Source: Siphonobacter aquaeclarae
GTDB taxonomy: Bacteria > Bacteroidota > Bacteroidia > Cytophagales > Spirosomataceae
DNA: 24,000 bases
Assembly: GCF_900103285.1 (NCBI RefSeq)
Contig: NZ_FNGS01000002.1
Location: forward strand, 298,709 to 322,708
Direction of reading: 5' to 3'
Positions 8,014 through 16,223 of the stretch are shown here, in pieces. The translations under genes and the position numbers were made by a program. The notes beneath the pieces are model-generated. The model saw only the letters and a list, made by a program, of their open reading frames with translations, had not been told where the DNA came from and ran no database searches. Position 1 is the stretch's first letter. Each line of letters opens with the position of its first letter.

Positions 8014-8520
8014 ATGAACAGGCCTTTAACGGAATCCGTACGCTCTGTACTGGAGCAAATCAGCGATATGCTCCGGACACTGACCGATGAGCAGTATACG
8101 CGCAAGCTGCCCGTGCTGTCGGGGGCGTCACTGGGCGAACATGTGCGTCATGTGGTGGAATTTTTTCTGGAACTCGAACAGGGATACTTTATCGGCTATG
8201 TGAATTACGACGCACGCCGCCGGGACCGTACCATCGAGCAAAATCGCGAAAAGGCCATCGGTATACTCGGGCAGGTTGCCGGTGGTCTCGCCCGCGACAA
8301 CCGGCCGCTACTACTCGAAATCACACCGGATACAGCGGGCAACCACTGCCGGATTGCGACCAACTACGAGCGTGAGGTGGCTTATAACCTCGAACATACG
8401 GTTCATCACATGGCGTTGATCAAAATCGGCGCCGGAGCCGTTGCCGCGCCCGAACTGCCCGAGGCATTCGGCGTTGCCGGCTCCACCCTCCGATACCGGC
8501 AATCGCTATGTGCACAGTAA
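8014..8520 (+). CDS. DinB-family (DinB_2-like four-helix-bundle) protein
   Basis: His-triad-like pattern GEHVRHVVEFFLE ... YNLEHTVHHMALI with the length and helical character typical of the DinB/YfiT superfamily. ATG at 8014 (MNRPLTESVRSVLEQI); the track start at 7912 overlaps the DoxX gene. Confidence 0.6.
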   Translation: MNRPLTESVRSVLEQISDMLRTLTDEQYTRKLPVLSGASLGEHVRHVVEFFLELEQGYFIGYVNYDARRRDRTIEQNREKAIGILGQVAGGLARDNRPLLLEITPDTAGNHCRIATNYEREVAYNLEHTVHHMALIKIGAGAVAAPELPEAFGVAGSTLRYRQSLCAQ

Positions 8521-10262
8521 CCTATATTCCTACAGCAGAGGGAGTTATCCTGACTTCCAACCGGGACGAGCGTCCGGACCGGACGCCGATTCTGCCTCCT
8601 GCCGCTCACCGGGTCGGAGGGCGAACGCTTACTTTTCCCGTCGATCCGCGCGCCGGTGGTACCTGGATCGCCATGACCGGAGGTAACGCGGCGGGAGTTT
8701 TGCTAAACGGCGGTTTCGAAAAGCATATCCCCACCCCGCCTTACCGGGAAAGCCGGGGCGTGATCCTGCTCGAAATCCTGTCTGCGCCGTCTCCGGAAGC
8801 TCGGTTCCGGACGTTGCCGCTCGATCGGATTGAGCCCTTTACCCTCATCCTGGTAACTGGAAGCAAGCTCCTCCGCTGTACCTGGGATGGCGGTGAGAAA
8901 CACCTGCAGGAACTGGACCGTCATCAGTCGCATATCTGGTCATCTGCTACGCTTTATGACCGGGAAACGCGGTTCGTGCGGGAGCAACAGCTTCGCGAAT
9001 GGCTTTCGGGCGGCACGCCCGATCAGGCCCGTATCCTGGATTTTCACCGGCGGCCGGATATCCGGTACGGTGCGACGAGCCGGTCCGGAAACCGCCTGGA
9101 AACCATCAGCACGACCAGTATCCGGTTCGGTAGCGGTCAACCGGAAATGCGGTATCACGACCTGCCATCCGGCACCGTTAGTACGACTTTTTCAGAAGAA
9201 ACGCCATCGGAGCTTCGCTCTCCGTTTCACACCAGGGTCAGACAGGCAATACGGCGGTTTCTCATCAAGCTCCGCCATTGGGAATACTGGCCGCTTCCGG
9301 TCCTTTATTTTCCGGTTTTCCTGTATCATGTGTGGCAATCGGTGAAAGCCGGCTCTCCTTTTTATTTTTCTGCGGCCAATCCGTCCATCGAAACGGGCGG
9401 TATGTTCGGCGAATCGAAGTCGCGTATTCTCAGCCGGATACCGGATCATCTGAAACCGGTGACGCTGCTTTTTCCTCCCGAGGTTATTCTGGCGGAAGTT
9501 CTCATTGAAATCCTCAGACACCGGCTGACCTATCCGCTCATCGCCAAGCCCGACATAGGCGAACGGGGCTGGCGGGTAGAAAAAATCGCACACGAGCAGG
9601 ATCTCAAACGGTATATCTCAACGGCTGCGACTGCTTTTATTCTTCAGGAATACGTTGATTTTCCACTGGAAGCGGGCGTCTTTTATTACCGGTATCCGGG
9701 TCAGGAAAGGGGTACTATTTCTTCGCTTGTACGGAAGGATTTTCTGTGTGTGACCGGAAACGGCGTGGATTCGCTCGAAACCCTGATCACGCAAAAGGAC
9801 CGGGCCTTTCTCCAGCTGCCGCTGCTGAAAAAGCGTATTGACCTCCGGTCTATCCCCACCGCAGGCGAAAAAGTACTCCTCAGCCCGATCGGCAATCACT
9901 GCCTGGGAACTGCCTTTCTCGACGGATCCGACCTGATCACAGACGACCTGCTCCGAACCTTCGATGCCCTGAGCCATTCCCTCGGGGATTTTTACTTCGG
10001 GAGATACGACCTGCGGTGCCCGGGTCCTGAAGACCTGCGCGCCGGCAAAAACCTGAAAATTCTGGAACTGAACGGGGTCGGCGCCGAACCGGCACATATC
10101 TACCACCCCGGCTTTTCGCTGGCGGAAGGCTATCGGGTATTGTTTCATCACTGGCGGACGCTTTACCGGATCAGCCGGGAAAATCACCGCCGCGGGGTAC
10201 CTTACCTGTCGCTCCGGGAGGCCGTCTTCTTCTGGAAAAAAGCGAGAAACGGCAGGGATTGA
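8508..10262 (+). CDS. Fusion protein: N-terminal NRDE/TANGO2-family domain (Cys2 nucleophile) + aromatic/hydrophobic linker + C-terminal ATP-grasp ligase-like domain
   Basis: Residues 1 to ~225: MCTVTYIPTAEGVILTSNRDERPDR...GGTWIAMTGGNAAGVLLNG...SRGVILLEIL, showing the eponymous NRDE motif and an initial Met-Cys. Residues ~250-584: HWEYWPLPVLYFPVFLYHVW, then YPLIAKPDIGERGWRVEKI...FILQEYVDFPLEAGVFYYRYPG...GNHCLGTAFLDGSDLI...FGRYDLRC...LKILELNGVGAEPAHIY, which follows the pattern of an ATP-grasp fold. One uninterrupted frame; the ATG at 8508 overlaps the DinB gene stop by 13 nt. Confidence 0.7.
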   Translation: MCTVTYIPTAEGVILTSNRDERPDRTPILPPAAHRVGGRTLTFPVDPRAGGTWIAMTGGNAAGVLLNGGFEKHIPTPPYRESRGVILLEILSAPSPEARFRTLPLDRIEPFTLILVTGSKLLRCTWDGGEKHLQELDRHQSHIWSSATLYDRETRFVREQQLREWLSGGTPDQARILDFHRRPDIRYGATSRSGNRLETISTTSIRFGSGQPEMRYHDLPSGTVSTTFSEETPSELRSPFHTRVRQAIRRFLIKLRHWEYWPLPVLYFPVFLYHVWQSVKAGSPFYFSAANPSIETGGMFGESKSRILSRIPDHLKPVTLLFPPEVILAEVLIEILRHRLTYPLIAKPDIGERGWRVEKIAHEQDLKRYISTAATAFILQEYVDFPLEAGVFYYRYPGQERGTISSLVRKDFLCVTGNGVDSLETLITQKDRAFLQLPLLKKRIDLRSIPTAGEKVLLSPIGNHCLGTAFLDGSDLITDDLLRTFDALSHSLGDFYFGRYDLRCPGPEDLRAGKNLKILELNGVGAEPAHIYHPGFSLAEGYRVLFHHWRTLYRISRENHRRGVPYLSLREAVFFWKKARNGRD

Positions 10263-10288
10263 CCTTCTTCTGATATACTACCATCTGT

Positions 10289-11215
10289 ATGATGCTGACA
10301 ATCAATCACCGCGCAGGCATTATTCCTGTATGTGCTTTTTTTCTGATGACAGGTATCCCCGCTGTTGTTTCGGCGCAGGGATGCAGCGACGCCGGCTTCT
10401 GTACTGTTGGTCCCCTGAAACCGCAGACGGAATTGCGAAGCCGCGAACAACGTATCTCTTTGCTGCTCCCTGTCGGTTTGGGCGACGCTTCCGTTTTTGT
10501 CTTTACACCCGGTATTCAATACGACGCCCGGCTATCGGACCGATGGGCGGTACAGGGAAAGCTGACAGCCAACTATGCCGCCGGAAACCTGGGGCGGGTA
10601 TCCGGGCCTGGTGATGTATTTCTGTCGGCTACGTACCGCGTGGTATCAGCAGACCGCTGGAAGATTCGCCTGACCCTTGGAGGGAAAATACCGCTCGGGA
10701 AACCGGACCTCTCTTCCGGGAACAACCCTCTGCCGATGCAGTATCAGCCCAGCCTGGGTACGACAGACCTGATTACGGGTCTGTCGGCAGACTGCAACGC
10801 CTGGCAATTTTCCATCGGCTGGCAGAAAAACCTGACCGGCACCAACAGCAATGTCTTTCTTCCGGAGACCGGAACGATGGAATACCCTCCTTCCAACCGC
10901 TTTCGGAGAAGATCGGACCTGCTGGCAAGAGGAAGCTATAACTGGCTGATAAACAAGAAATTTTTCTTACAGGGAGGTCTTCTCGGGATCTATCATCCGG
11001 AGGAAGACCGGTACACAGATGTCAGTGGTCATGAGCTCTCGCTCGCCGGCTCGCGGGGATTGACGCTGAATGTGACGCTCGCGGGCGGGTGGCAGGTATC
11101 TCAACGGCTTCAGGTTGGCTTTACCGCAGGAACGCCGGTCATCGTCCGGGATATCCGTCCCGACGGGCTGACGAGAAGTTTCGTCTTCGCTCCGGAAATA
11201 GCATGGCGGTTTTAA
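10289..11215 (+). CDS. Outer-membrane beta-barrel protein of unknown function (possibly MetA/phenol-degradation-type 'transporter' family)
   Basis: Signal peptide MMLTINHRAGIIPVCAFFLMTGIPAVVSAQ. Alternating hydrophobic beta-strand pattern throughout (VFVFTPGIQYDARL, WAVQGKLTANYAAG, VFLSATYRV, LTLNVTLAGGWQV, LQVGFTAG). C-terminal aromatic signature FAPEIAWRF. The family assignment is tentative. Confidence 0.55.
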   Translation: MMLTINHRAGIIPVCAFFLMTGIPAVVSAQGCSDAGFCTVGPLKPQTELRSREQRISLLLPVGLGDASVFVFTPGIQYDARLSDRWAVQGKLTANYAAGNLGRVSGPGDVFLSATYRVVSADRWKIRLTLGGKIPLGKPDLSSGNNPLPMQYQPSLGTTDLITGLSADCNAWQFSIGWQKNLTGTNSNVFLPETGTMEYPPSNRFRRRSDLLARGSYNWLINKKFFLQGGLLGIYHPEEDRYTDVSGHELSLAGSRGLTLNVTLAGGWQVSQRLQVGFTAGTPVIVRDIRPDGLTRSFVFAPEIAWRF

Positions 11216-11218
11216 AAG

Positions 11219-11322
11219 CAGTTTGCGGTTTACAGTTTTCAGTTTGCAGAAATAAGTATTTCAACCAGTCGGAAAATTTACCCAACCCGAAACCCAAAAC
11301 AGAAAACTGAAAACTGAAAACT
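11219..11322. repeat. Heptad-based palindromic intergenic element, copy A (CAGTTTN x4 ... GAAAACT x3)
   Basis: Left arm cagtttg cggttta cagtttt cagtttg (11219-11246); right arm gaaaact gaaaact gaaaact (11302-11322). cagttttcagttt (11233-11245) is the exact reverse complement of aaactgaaaactg (11304-11316). The element fills the convergent gap between the OMP gene stop (11215) and the TrmH-family gene stop (11327). Confidence 0.7.
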
Positions 11323-11326
11323 TTGC

Positions 11327-12067
11327 TCATCTTCTCAGATTATCCAGCACAATCGCCGTTGCAATACCCGCATTGAGGGATTCTGCCTCTCCGAAGCGGG
11401 GTATGGTGATTTTTTGTGTGATAAATCCTTCGTTTTCAGGCCGGATGCCGTTGGCTTCGTTGCCAATGACAATGTATCCTCCCGGCGCAAACGCAAAGCC
11501 GTGTACGGAGCTGCCGCCGAGAAACGTTCCGTAGACCGGCGCACCGGCAATATCCCGGAAATAATCAGCCAGCGCAGCATAATACGTTTCCACCCGCGTA
11601 AACGAGCCCATACTCGCGGAGATTACCTTTGGATTATAAACGTCCACGCAGCTCTCCGAACAGATAATCTTTTTGATGCCGTACCAGTCCGCAATCCGGA
11701 TGATAGTACCCAGGTTACCCGGGTCACGGATATCGTCCAGAATCAGGCAGTATTCTTCCTTACCGGCAAATAGCGGGCGGTTTTCTTTCGTTTCAGCAAT
11801 AGCCAGGGCGGCGTTGTTGGTTTGAAGGGTTCCGACCTTGCCGAGCTCTTCTTCCGTCACCCGTTCAACAACTACAGGTTGTTCCCTGAGCAGGTTTTGG
11901 TTTTCTTTGTAAAAATGGTCAGTAACGAACAAGGCCTGAATTCCGAATCCGGAGGTCATTAGTTCCCTGACACTCTTGGCTCCTTCCACCAGAAAAACAC
12001 CCTGCTCCTGCCGGTGTTTCTTCTGCTGAAGCAGCCGAATCTGTTTTTGCCACTTTTGTGAGATCAT
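11327..12067 (-). CDS. TrmH/SpoU-family RNA 2'-O-methyltransferase
   Basis: SpoU_methylase motifs: LILDDIRDPGNLGTIIRIADWYG, IVIGNEANGIRPE, ITIPRFGEAESLNAGIATAIVL. N-terminal substrate-binding-like region FLVEGAKSVRELM. Confidence 0.88.
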   Translation of the reverse strand: MISQKWQKQIRLLQQKKHRQEQGVFLVEGAKSVRELMTSGFGIQALFVTDHFYKENQNLLREQPVVVERVTEEELGKVGTLQTNNAALAIAETKENRPLFAGKEEYCLILDDIRDPGNLGTIIRIADWYGIKKIICSESCVDVYNPKVISASMGSFTRVETYYAALADYFRDIAGAPVYGTFLGGSSVHGFAFAPGGYIVIGNEANGIRPENEGFITQKITIPRFGEAESLNAGIATAIVLDNLRR

Positions 12068-12081
12068 TGTCCCTTTTTACT

Positions 12082-14577
12082 ATGCCATTCCGGACGAACC
12101 TGCTGCTTGTAACGGGAATGGCGTTTATCGGAATACTGGCTGGCTGTACACGGGGCACCGAACTGCGCCGGGGCGAGTACCTCCTTGCCAAGCAAACCAT
12201 CAAAGGTAACAAGGAAATCCCGAACGAAGAGCTGGAAGCCCTGCTGCCGCAGGAGTCTAACCGGGTGCTCATTACCCAGCCGATTACCCCTTTTCTGTGG
12301 GTATACCAGATTGCGCGGCCGGATTTTCTGCTGTATAAAAAACCGCGTTTTGAGCGGGAACTGCGGGAGTACCAGGCGCAGATCGACCGGCTGAAAAGTA
12401 CGCCGGATTCCCTGCGGGACCGCCGGTTTTTGCGCAAAGTCGGCCGGATCGAACGCAAAGCCGAACACAACAAGCTCGCCATCGAGCAGGGGCACTGGTG
12501 GATGCGCGTCGCCGGAGAACCCCCGGCTATCGTCACCGCCGAAGACGCCCGGACCAACGCCGCCAACCTCCAGACCTTCCTCCGCACCAACCGCGGTATG
12601 TTTGACGATTCCGTCCATTACCGCCTCGATACCCTCAAATTCCGTCGGGTGAAAGTGGTGTACGATATCCATCAGGGGAAACCGTATAAGGTGGACAAGG
12701 TGACCTTTCTCGTCAAAGACCCCCGCATCGACAGCCTCATCCGGCATGCGCGCGGTGCGCGGCACCTGCGGTCGGGCGACCGTGTCGACGAGCGCAACTT
12801 CGCCGCCGAGCGCGACCGGATCGAGCGCCTCCTCAAAGACCAGGGCTATTTCGGCTTTTCGAAAGAGAACGTAACCTTTTCGGGAACATATGATACTTCC
12901 CTGGCCGAGCCGCTGAAACACAAGATGGACGTTCGCGTTCTGATCGACTCGTTTCCGAGCCGGTATCCGTACTACACGCTCAATTCGGTGACGTTTGTGG
13001 TCGACGGGCGCGATCCGAACGAGCCCTCCCAGCGCCTCGACTCCACTACCTACAACGGCATCCGGTACATCTTCGCCGGAAAAAAGTATTCGACGCGCCT
13101 GCTTGATACCAAAGTGCGGGTGCGGCCCAACCAGACGTACAGCCTGACGCTGCATAATGAAACCCTCCGGCGACTGGGAACCCTCGATCAGTTCAAGTTC
13201 CCGAGCATCACCTACGATACCCTGTTTTACCACCGCCTCAACGCCCTCATTTACGCGCAGCCGCTGAAGCGGTTTGAACTGACGTCGGAAGTAGGCATGA
13301 ACGTGTACCAGGGCCTTCCGGGGCCGTTTCTCAATGGAGCTCTCCGTATCCGGAACTTCCTTCAGGGGCTTGAAATGCTGGAAATCGCCGGAAAAGCGGG
13401 GTATGACGGGCAGCCGGGCTTTACGCAAAGCTCCCAAAACCTTCGTTTCAATGACCAGAACTTCGAGGCCGGGATCAACGCGTCGCTGATTTTTCCGCAA
13501 CTGCTGGTACCGGGCAATATGCTTTTCCGGTACAATAACGGCAGTCCGCGGACGCAGGTCGGGATCGGGTATTCCTTCAGCGATCGGAAAGATTTCCGGC
13601 GTACGGGCTTCAAGCTGGCGATGAACTATTCCTGGCAGATTTCACCAAAGGAAACCTTCTATTTCACGCCGTTTGACATCAACCTCATCAATACCAGCCG
13701 GCAATCGAGCGAGTTTACGGCCTTTTTGCTCCAGCAGCGGGCGAATGGAAACAACCTGATTTATACATTCAACCGCTCGTTCGTCTCGAGTCTGAGCGGT
13801 TCCTACGTCTATAGTGATAATAACCTGAATGCATTCCGGAAGACCCGGTACCTCCGCGTATTCGTGGAGTCCGGAGGTACTACGCTCAACCTTCTCTCTA
13901 AAAAGAAGCAGGATGAACTGACCGACAGTGATGCGCTGAAGTTTTACAAATTCCTGAAAACCAGTGTAGACTACCGGCTGTATATACCGTTACGTAACCG
14001 GGGCCGGTCGATGTTCGTCGTCCGCGGGTTTGTCGGCCTCGGCTGGGAATATTCCAGCGGCGGGGTACTTCCCTACGAAAAGGCCTTCTTCGCCGGGGGC
14101 GCCAACTCCATGCGGGGCTGGAACCCGCGGAAGCTGGGGCTCGGCGGCGTCGCGGCGAGCTTCGATACGTTGAAATCCGGCGCTATTACACCGAGCTACA
14201 AGTTCGAGCGGCCCGGGGATTTTCAGCTGGAAATCAACGCGGAGTGGCGGTTTCCCCTGTTCCGGCTTTTCGGGGATTTCAACGGGGCGCTGTTCATGGA
14301 CGCCGGGAACGTGTGGCTGCTTCGCGGAAACCAGGCCAATGCCGTCTTCAAAGTCGGTACATTCCTGAGCCAGACCGCGCTGGATGCGGGCTTCGGACTC
14401 CGGTTTGACAAGTCTTTCTTTATCCTGCGGGCCGACTGGGGCATCAAACTCTATGAACCCGGCAGACCGAAGCTTGGCGGAGGAACCGGCCAATGGGTCA
14501 TCGGCGACCTGTTTGACAAATCGTTTGAAGGCCGCTACCGGCCGGAGCTGCGTTTCGGAATCGGGTATCCCTTCTGA
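12082..14577 (+). CDS. tamL: Omp85/BamA-superfamily outer-membrane protein, TamL-type lipoprotein (translocation and assembly module)
   Basis: Lipobox MPFRTNLLLVTGMAFIGILAGC. POTRA-like repeats (KVDKVTFLVKDPRID, ERDRIERLLKDQGYFGF). C-terminal Bac_surface_Ag barrel with FFAGGANSMRGWNPRKLG and the terminal RFGIGYPF. The track start at 12058 is a GTG that would overlap the divergent TrmH gene; the ATG at 12082 is preferred. Confidence 0.8.
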   Translation: MPFRTNLLLVTGMAFIGILAGCTRGTELRRGEYLLAKQTIKGNKEIPNEELEALLPQESNRVLITQPITPFLWVYQIARPDFLLYKKPRFERELREYQAQIDRLKSTPDSLRDRRFLRKVGRIERKAEHNKLAIEQGHWWMRVAGEPPAIVTAEDARTNAANLQTFLRTNRGMFDDSVHYRLDTLKFRRVKVVYDIHQGKPYKVDKVTFLVKDPRIDSLIRHARGARHLRSGDRVDERNFAAERDRIERLLKDQGYFGFSKENVTFSGTYDTSLAEPLKHKMDVRVLIDSFPSRYPYYTLNSVTFVVDGRDPNEPSQRLDSTTYNGIRYIFAGKKYSTRLLDTKVRVRPNQTYSLTLHNETLRRLGTLDQFKFPSITYDTLFYHRLNALIYAQPLKRFELTSEVGMNVYQGLPGPFLNGALRIRNFLQGLEMLEIAGKAGYDGQPGFTQSSQNLRFNDQNFEAGINASLIFPQLLVPGNMLFRYNNGSPRTQVGIGYSFSDRKDFRRTGFKLAMNYSWQISPKETFYFTPFDINLINTSRQSSEFTAFLLQQRANGNNLIYTFNRSFVSSLSGSYVYSDNNLNAFRKTRYLRVFVESGGTTLNLLSKKKQDELTDSDALKFYKFLKTSVDYRLYIPLRNRGRSMFVVRGFVGLGWEYSSGGVLPYEKAFFAGGANSMRGWNPRKLGLGGVAASFDTLKSGAITPSYKFERPGDFQLEINAEWRFPLFRLFGDFNGALFMDAGNVWLLRGNQANAVFKVGTFLSQTALDAGFGLRFDKSFFILRADWGIKLYEPGRPKLGGGTGQWVIGDLFDKSFEGRYRPELRFGIGYPF

Positions 14578-14627
14578 TTAATTTGAACACGCAGTCCGTT
14601 TTTCACTGCCATTCTGTCAGTTTTGCC

Positions 14628-14635
14628 TATCTTTG
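14628..14635 (+). promoter_or_regulatory. Bacteroidota-type -7 promoter box TATCTTTG (consensus TAnnTTTG) upstream of miaB
   Basis: Exact match to TAnnTTTG, 122 nt upstream of the miaB ATG. There is no clean -33 TTTG at the canonical spacing (TTTC at 14601-14604). It is the only exact TAnnTTTG I found in the intergenic regions I checked (upstream of the AraC-family, alaA, YHS, 18235 hypothetical, secG, groES and ECF sigma genes). Confidence 0.3.
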
Positions 14636-14756
14636 CGTAAAATTCAGGCGCTGTATCCGGACAACGAGCCGTGCAGCCAGCGTATCTGCCTGATTTCGAT
14701 CTGCGTAGTAAAAAGACCCTTTTCATCGGTGGACCGGACGGTCCTGATTTTGATCC

Positions 14757-16181
14757 ATGAAGACGTTAGAAATCCTGACTCCTGAAGATAAAGAAGGTAT
14801 TGATCTTCCCCGTTTGCTGGAAGACGAGCAAAATGCAGCCGGCAAAAAGAAGCTGTACATCGAAAGCTATGGCTGTCAGATGAATTTCTCGGACAGTGAA
14901 ATCGTCGCTTCCATCATGCGGGAGAAGGGCTATGCCACTACTTCCAGCCCGGAAGAGGCCGATCTCGTCCTGCTGAATACCTGCGCCATCCGCGATAACG
15001 CCGAGCAGAAAGTACGGAACCGGCTGAGCGCCTTCACCGGCCTCAAGCGCCGCCGGCCCGACACCACGATCGGCGTCCTCGGCTGTATGGCCGAACGCCT
15101 GAAAGCCAAGCTGCTGGAAGAAGAAAAGGTAGTGGATATGGTCGTCGGACCGGATGCCTACCGCGACCTTCCCCGCCTGCTCGACGAAGTAGAAACCGGC
15201 CAGAAGGCGGTCAATGTTTTCCTTTCGAAAGAAGAAACCTATGCCGACATCGCTCCTGTTCGCCTGAACTCGAACGGCGTGACGGCCTTTATCAGCATCA
15301 TGCGCGGCTGCGACAACATGTGCAGTTTCTGCGTGGTACCCTTCACCCGGGGACGGGAGCGCTCGCGTGATCCGCATTCCATCGTGGCAGAAGCCCGCGG
15401 TTTGTTTGAACAGGGGTACCGGGAAGTAACCCTGCTCGGCCAGAACGTCGACAGCTATAAGTGGGAAGACGAAGCAGCCGGTACGACCGTTCACTTCGCC
15501 AATCTGCTGGAAGAAGTAGCGCAGGTACATCCCGACCTCCGCGTCCGGTTCAGCACGTCTCACCCGAAAGACATTACCGACGATGTCCTGCATACCATGA
15601 AGCGGTATGACAACGTCTGCAACTACATTCACCTGCCGGCCCAGAGCGGTAATTCGCGGGTACTCAAGCTCATGAACCGGACATATGACCGGGAATGGTA
15701 CCTTCAGAAGATCGATCGGATCCGGGCTATTCTGGGGGAAGAATGTGGTATTTCCCACGACCTCATCGCCGGTTTCTGCTCTGAAACCGAAGAAGAACAC
15801 CGGGATACCCTCACCCTGATGGACTATGTCAGGTTCGATTACGGCTATATGTTTGCCTACTCCGAACGCCCGGGCACGCCGGCTGCCAAAAAACTGGCCG
15901 ACGATATTCCGGAAGAAGTAAAAAAGCGCCGCCTCAACGAAATCATCGCCCTGCAGCAACAGCATAGCCTGGAGCGGAACCAGCAGGCGATCGGCAAAAT
16001 TCACCGGGTACTGGTGGAAGGCGAGTCCAAGCGCTCAGCAGAACAGCTTCAGGGCCGGAACGACCAGAATAAGGTAGTCGTGTTCGACCGCCATCTTTTC
16101 CGGAAAGGAGATTATGTAAACGTACGGGTCACTTCCTGCACGGCGGCGACGCTGATCGGAGAAGCCGTCCTGCCGGCGTAA
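14757..16181 (+). CDS. miaB: tRNA (N6-isopentenyl adenosine(37)-C2)-methylthiotransferase MiaB (radical SAM)
   Basis: UPF0004 N-domain [42 protein letters not shown], radical-SAM cluster motif [24 protein letters not shown], and a C-terminal TRAM domain ([26 protein letters not shown]...[16 protein letters not shown]). Confidence 0.95.
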   Translation: MKTLEILTPEDKEGIDLPRLLEDEQNAAGKKKLYIESYGCQMNFSDSEIVASIMREKGYATTSSPEEADLVLLNTCAIRDNAEQKVRNRLSAFTGLKRRRPDTTIGVLGCMAERLKAKLLEEEKVVDMVVGPDAYRDLPRLLDEVETGQKAVNVFLSKEETYADIAPVRLNSNGVTAFISIMRGCDNMCSFCVVPFTRGRERSRDPHSIVAEARGLFEQGYREVTLLGQNVDSYKWEDEAAGTTVHFANLLEEVAQVHPDLRVRFSTSHPKDITDDVLHTMKRYDNVCNYIHLPAQSGNSRVLKLMNRTYDREWYLQKIDRIRAILGEECGISHDLIAGFCSETEEEHRDTLTLMDYVRFDYGYMFAYSERPGTPAAKKLADDIPEEVKKRRLNEIIALQQQHSLERNQQAIGKIHRVLVEGESKRSAEQLQGRNDQNKVVVFDRHLFRKGDYVNVRVTSCTAATLIGEAVLPA

Positions 16182-16223
16182 GGGCGGTCTTTTTTGCCTT
16201 TTTGTCAACCCAATACGAACGAA

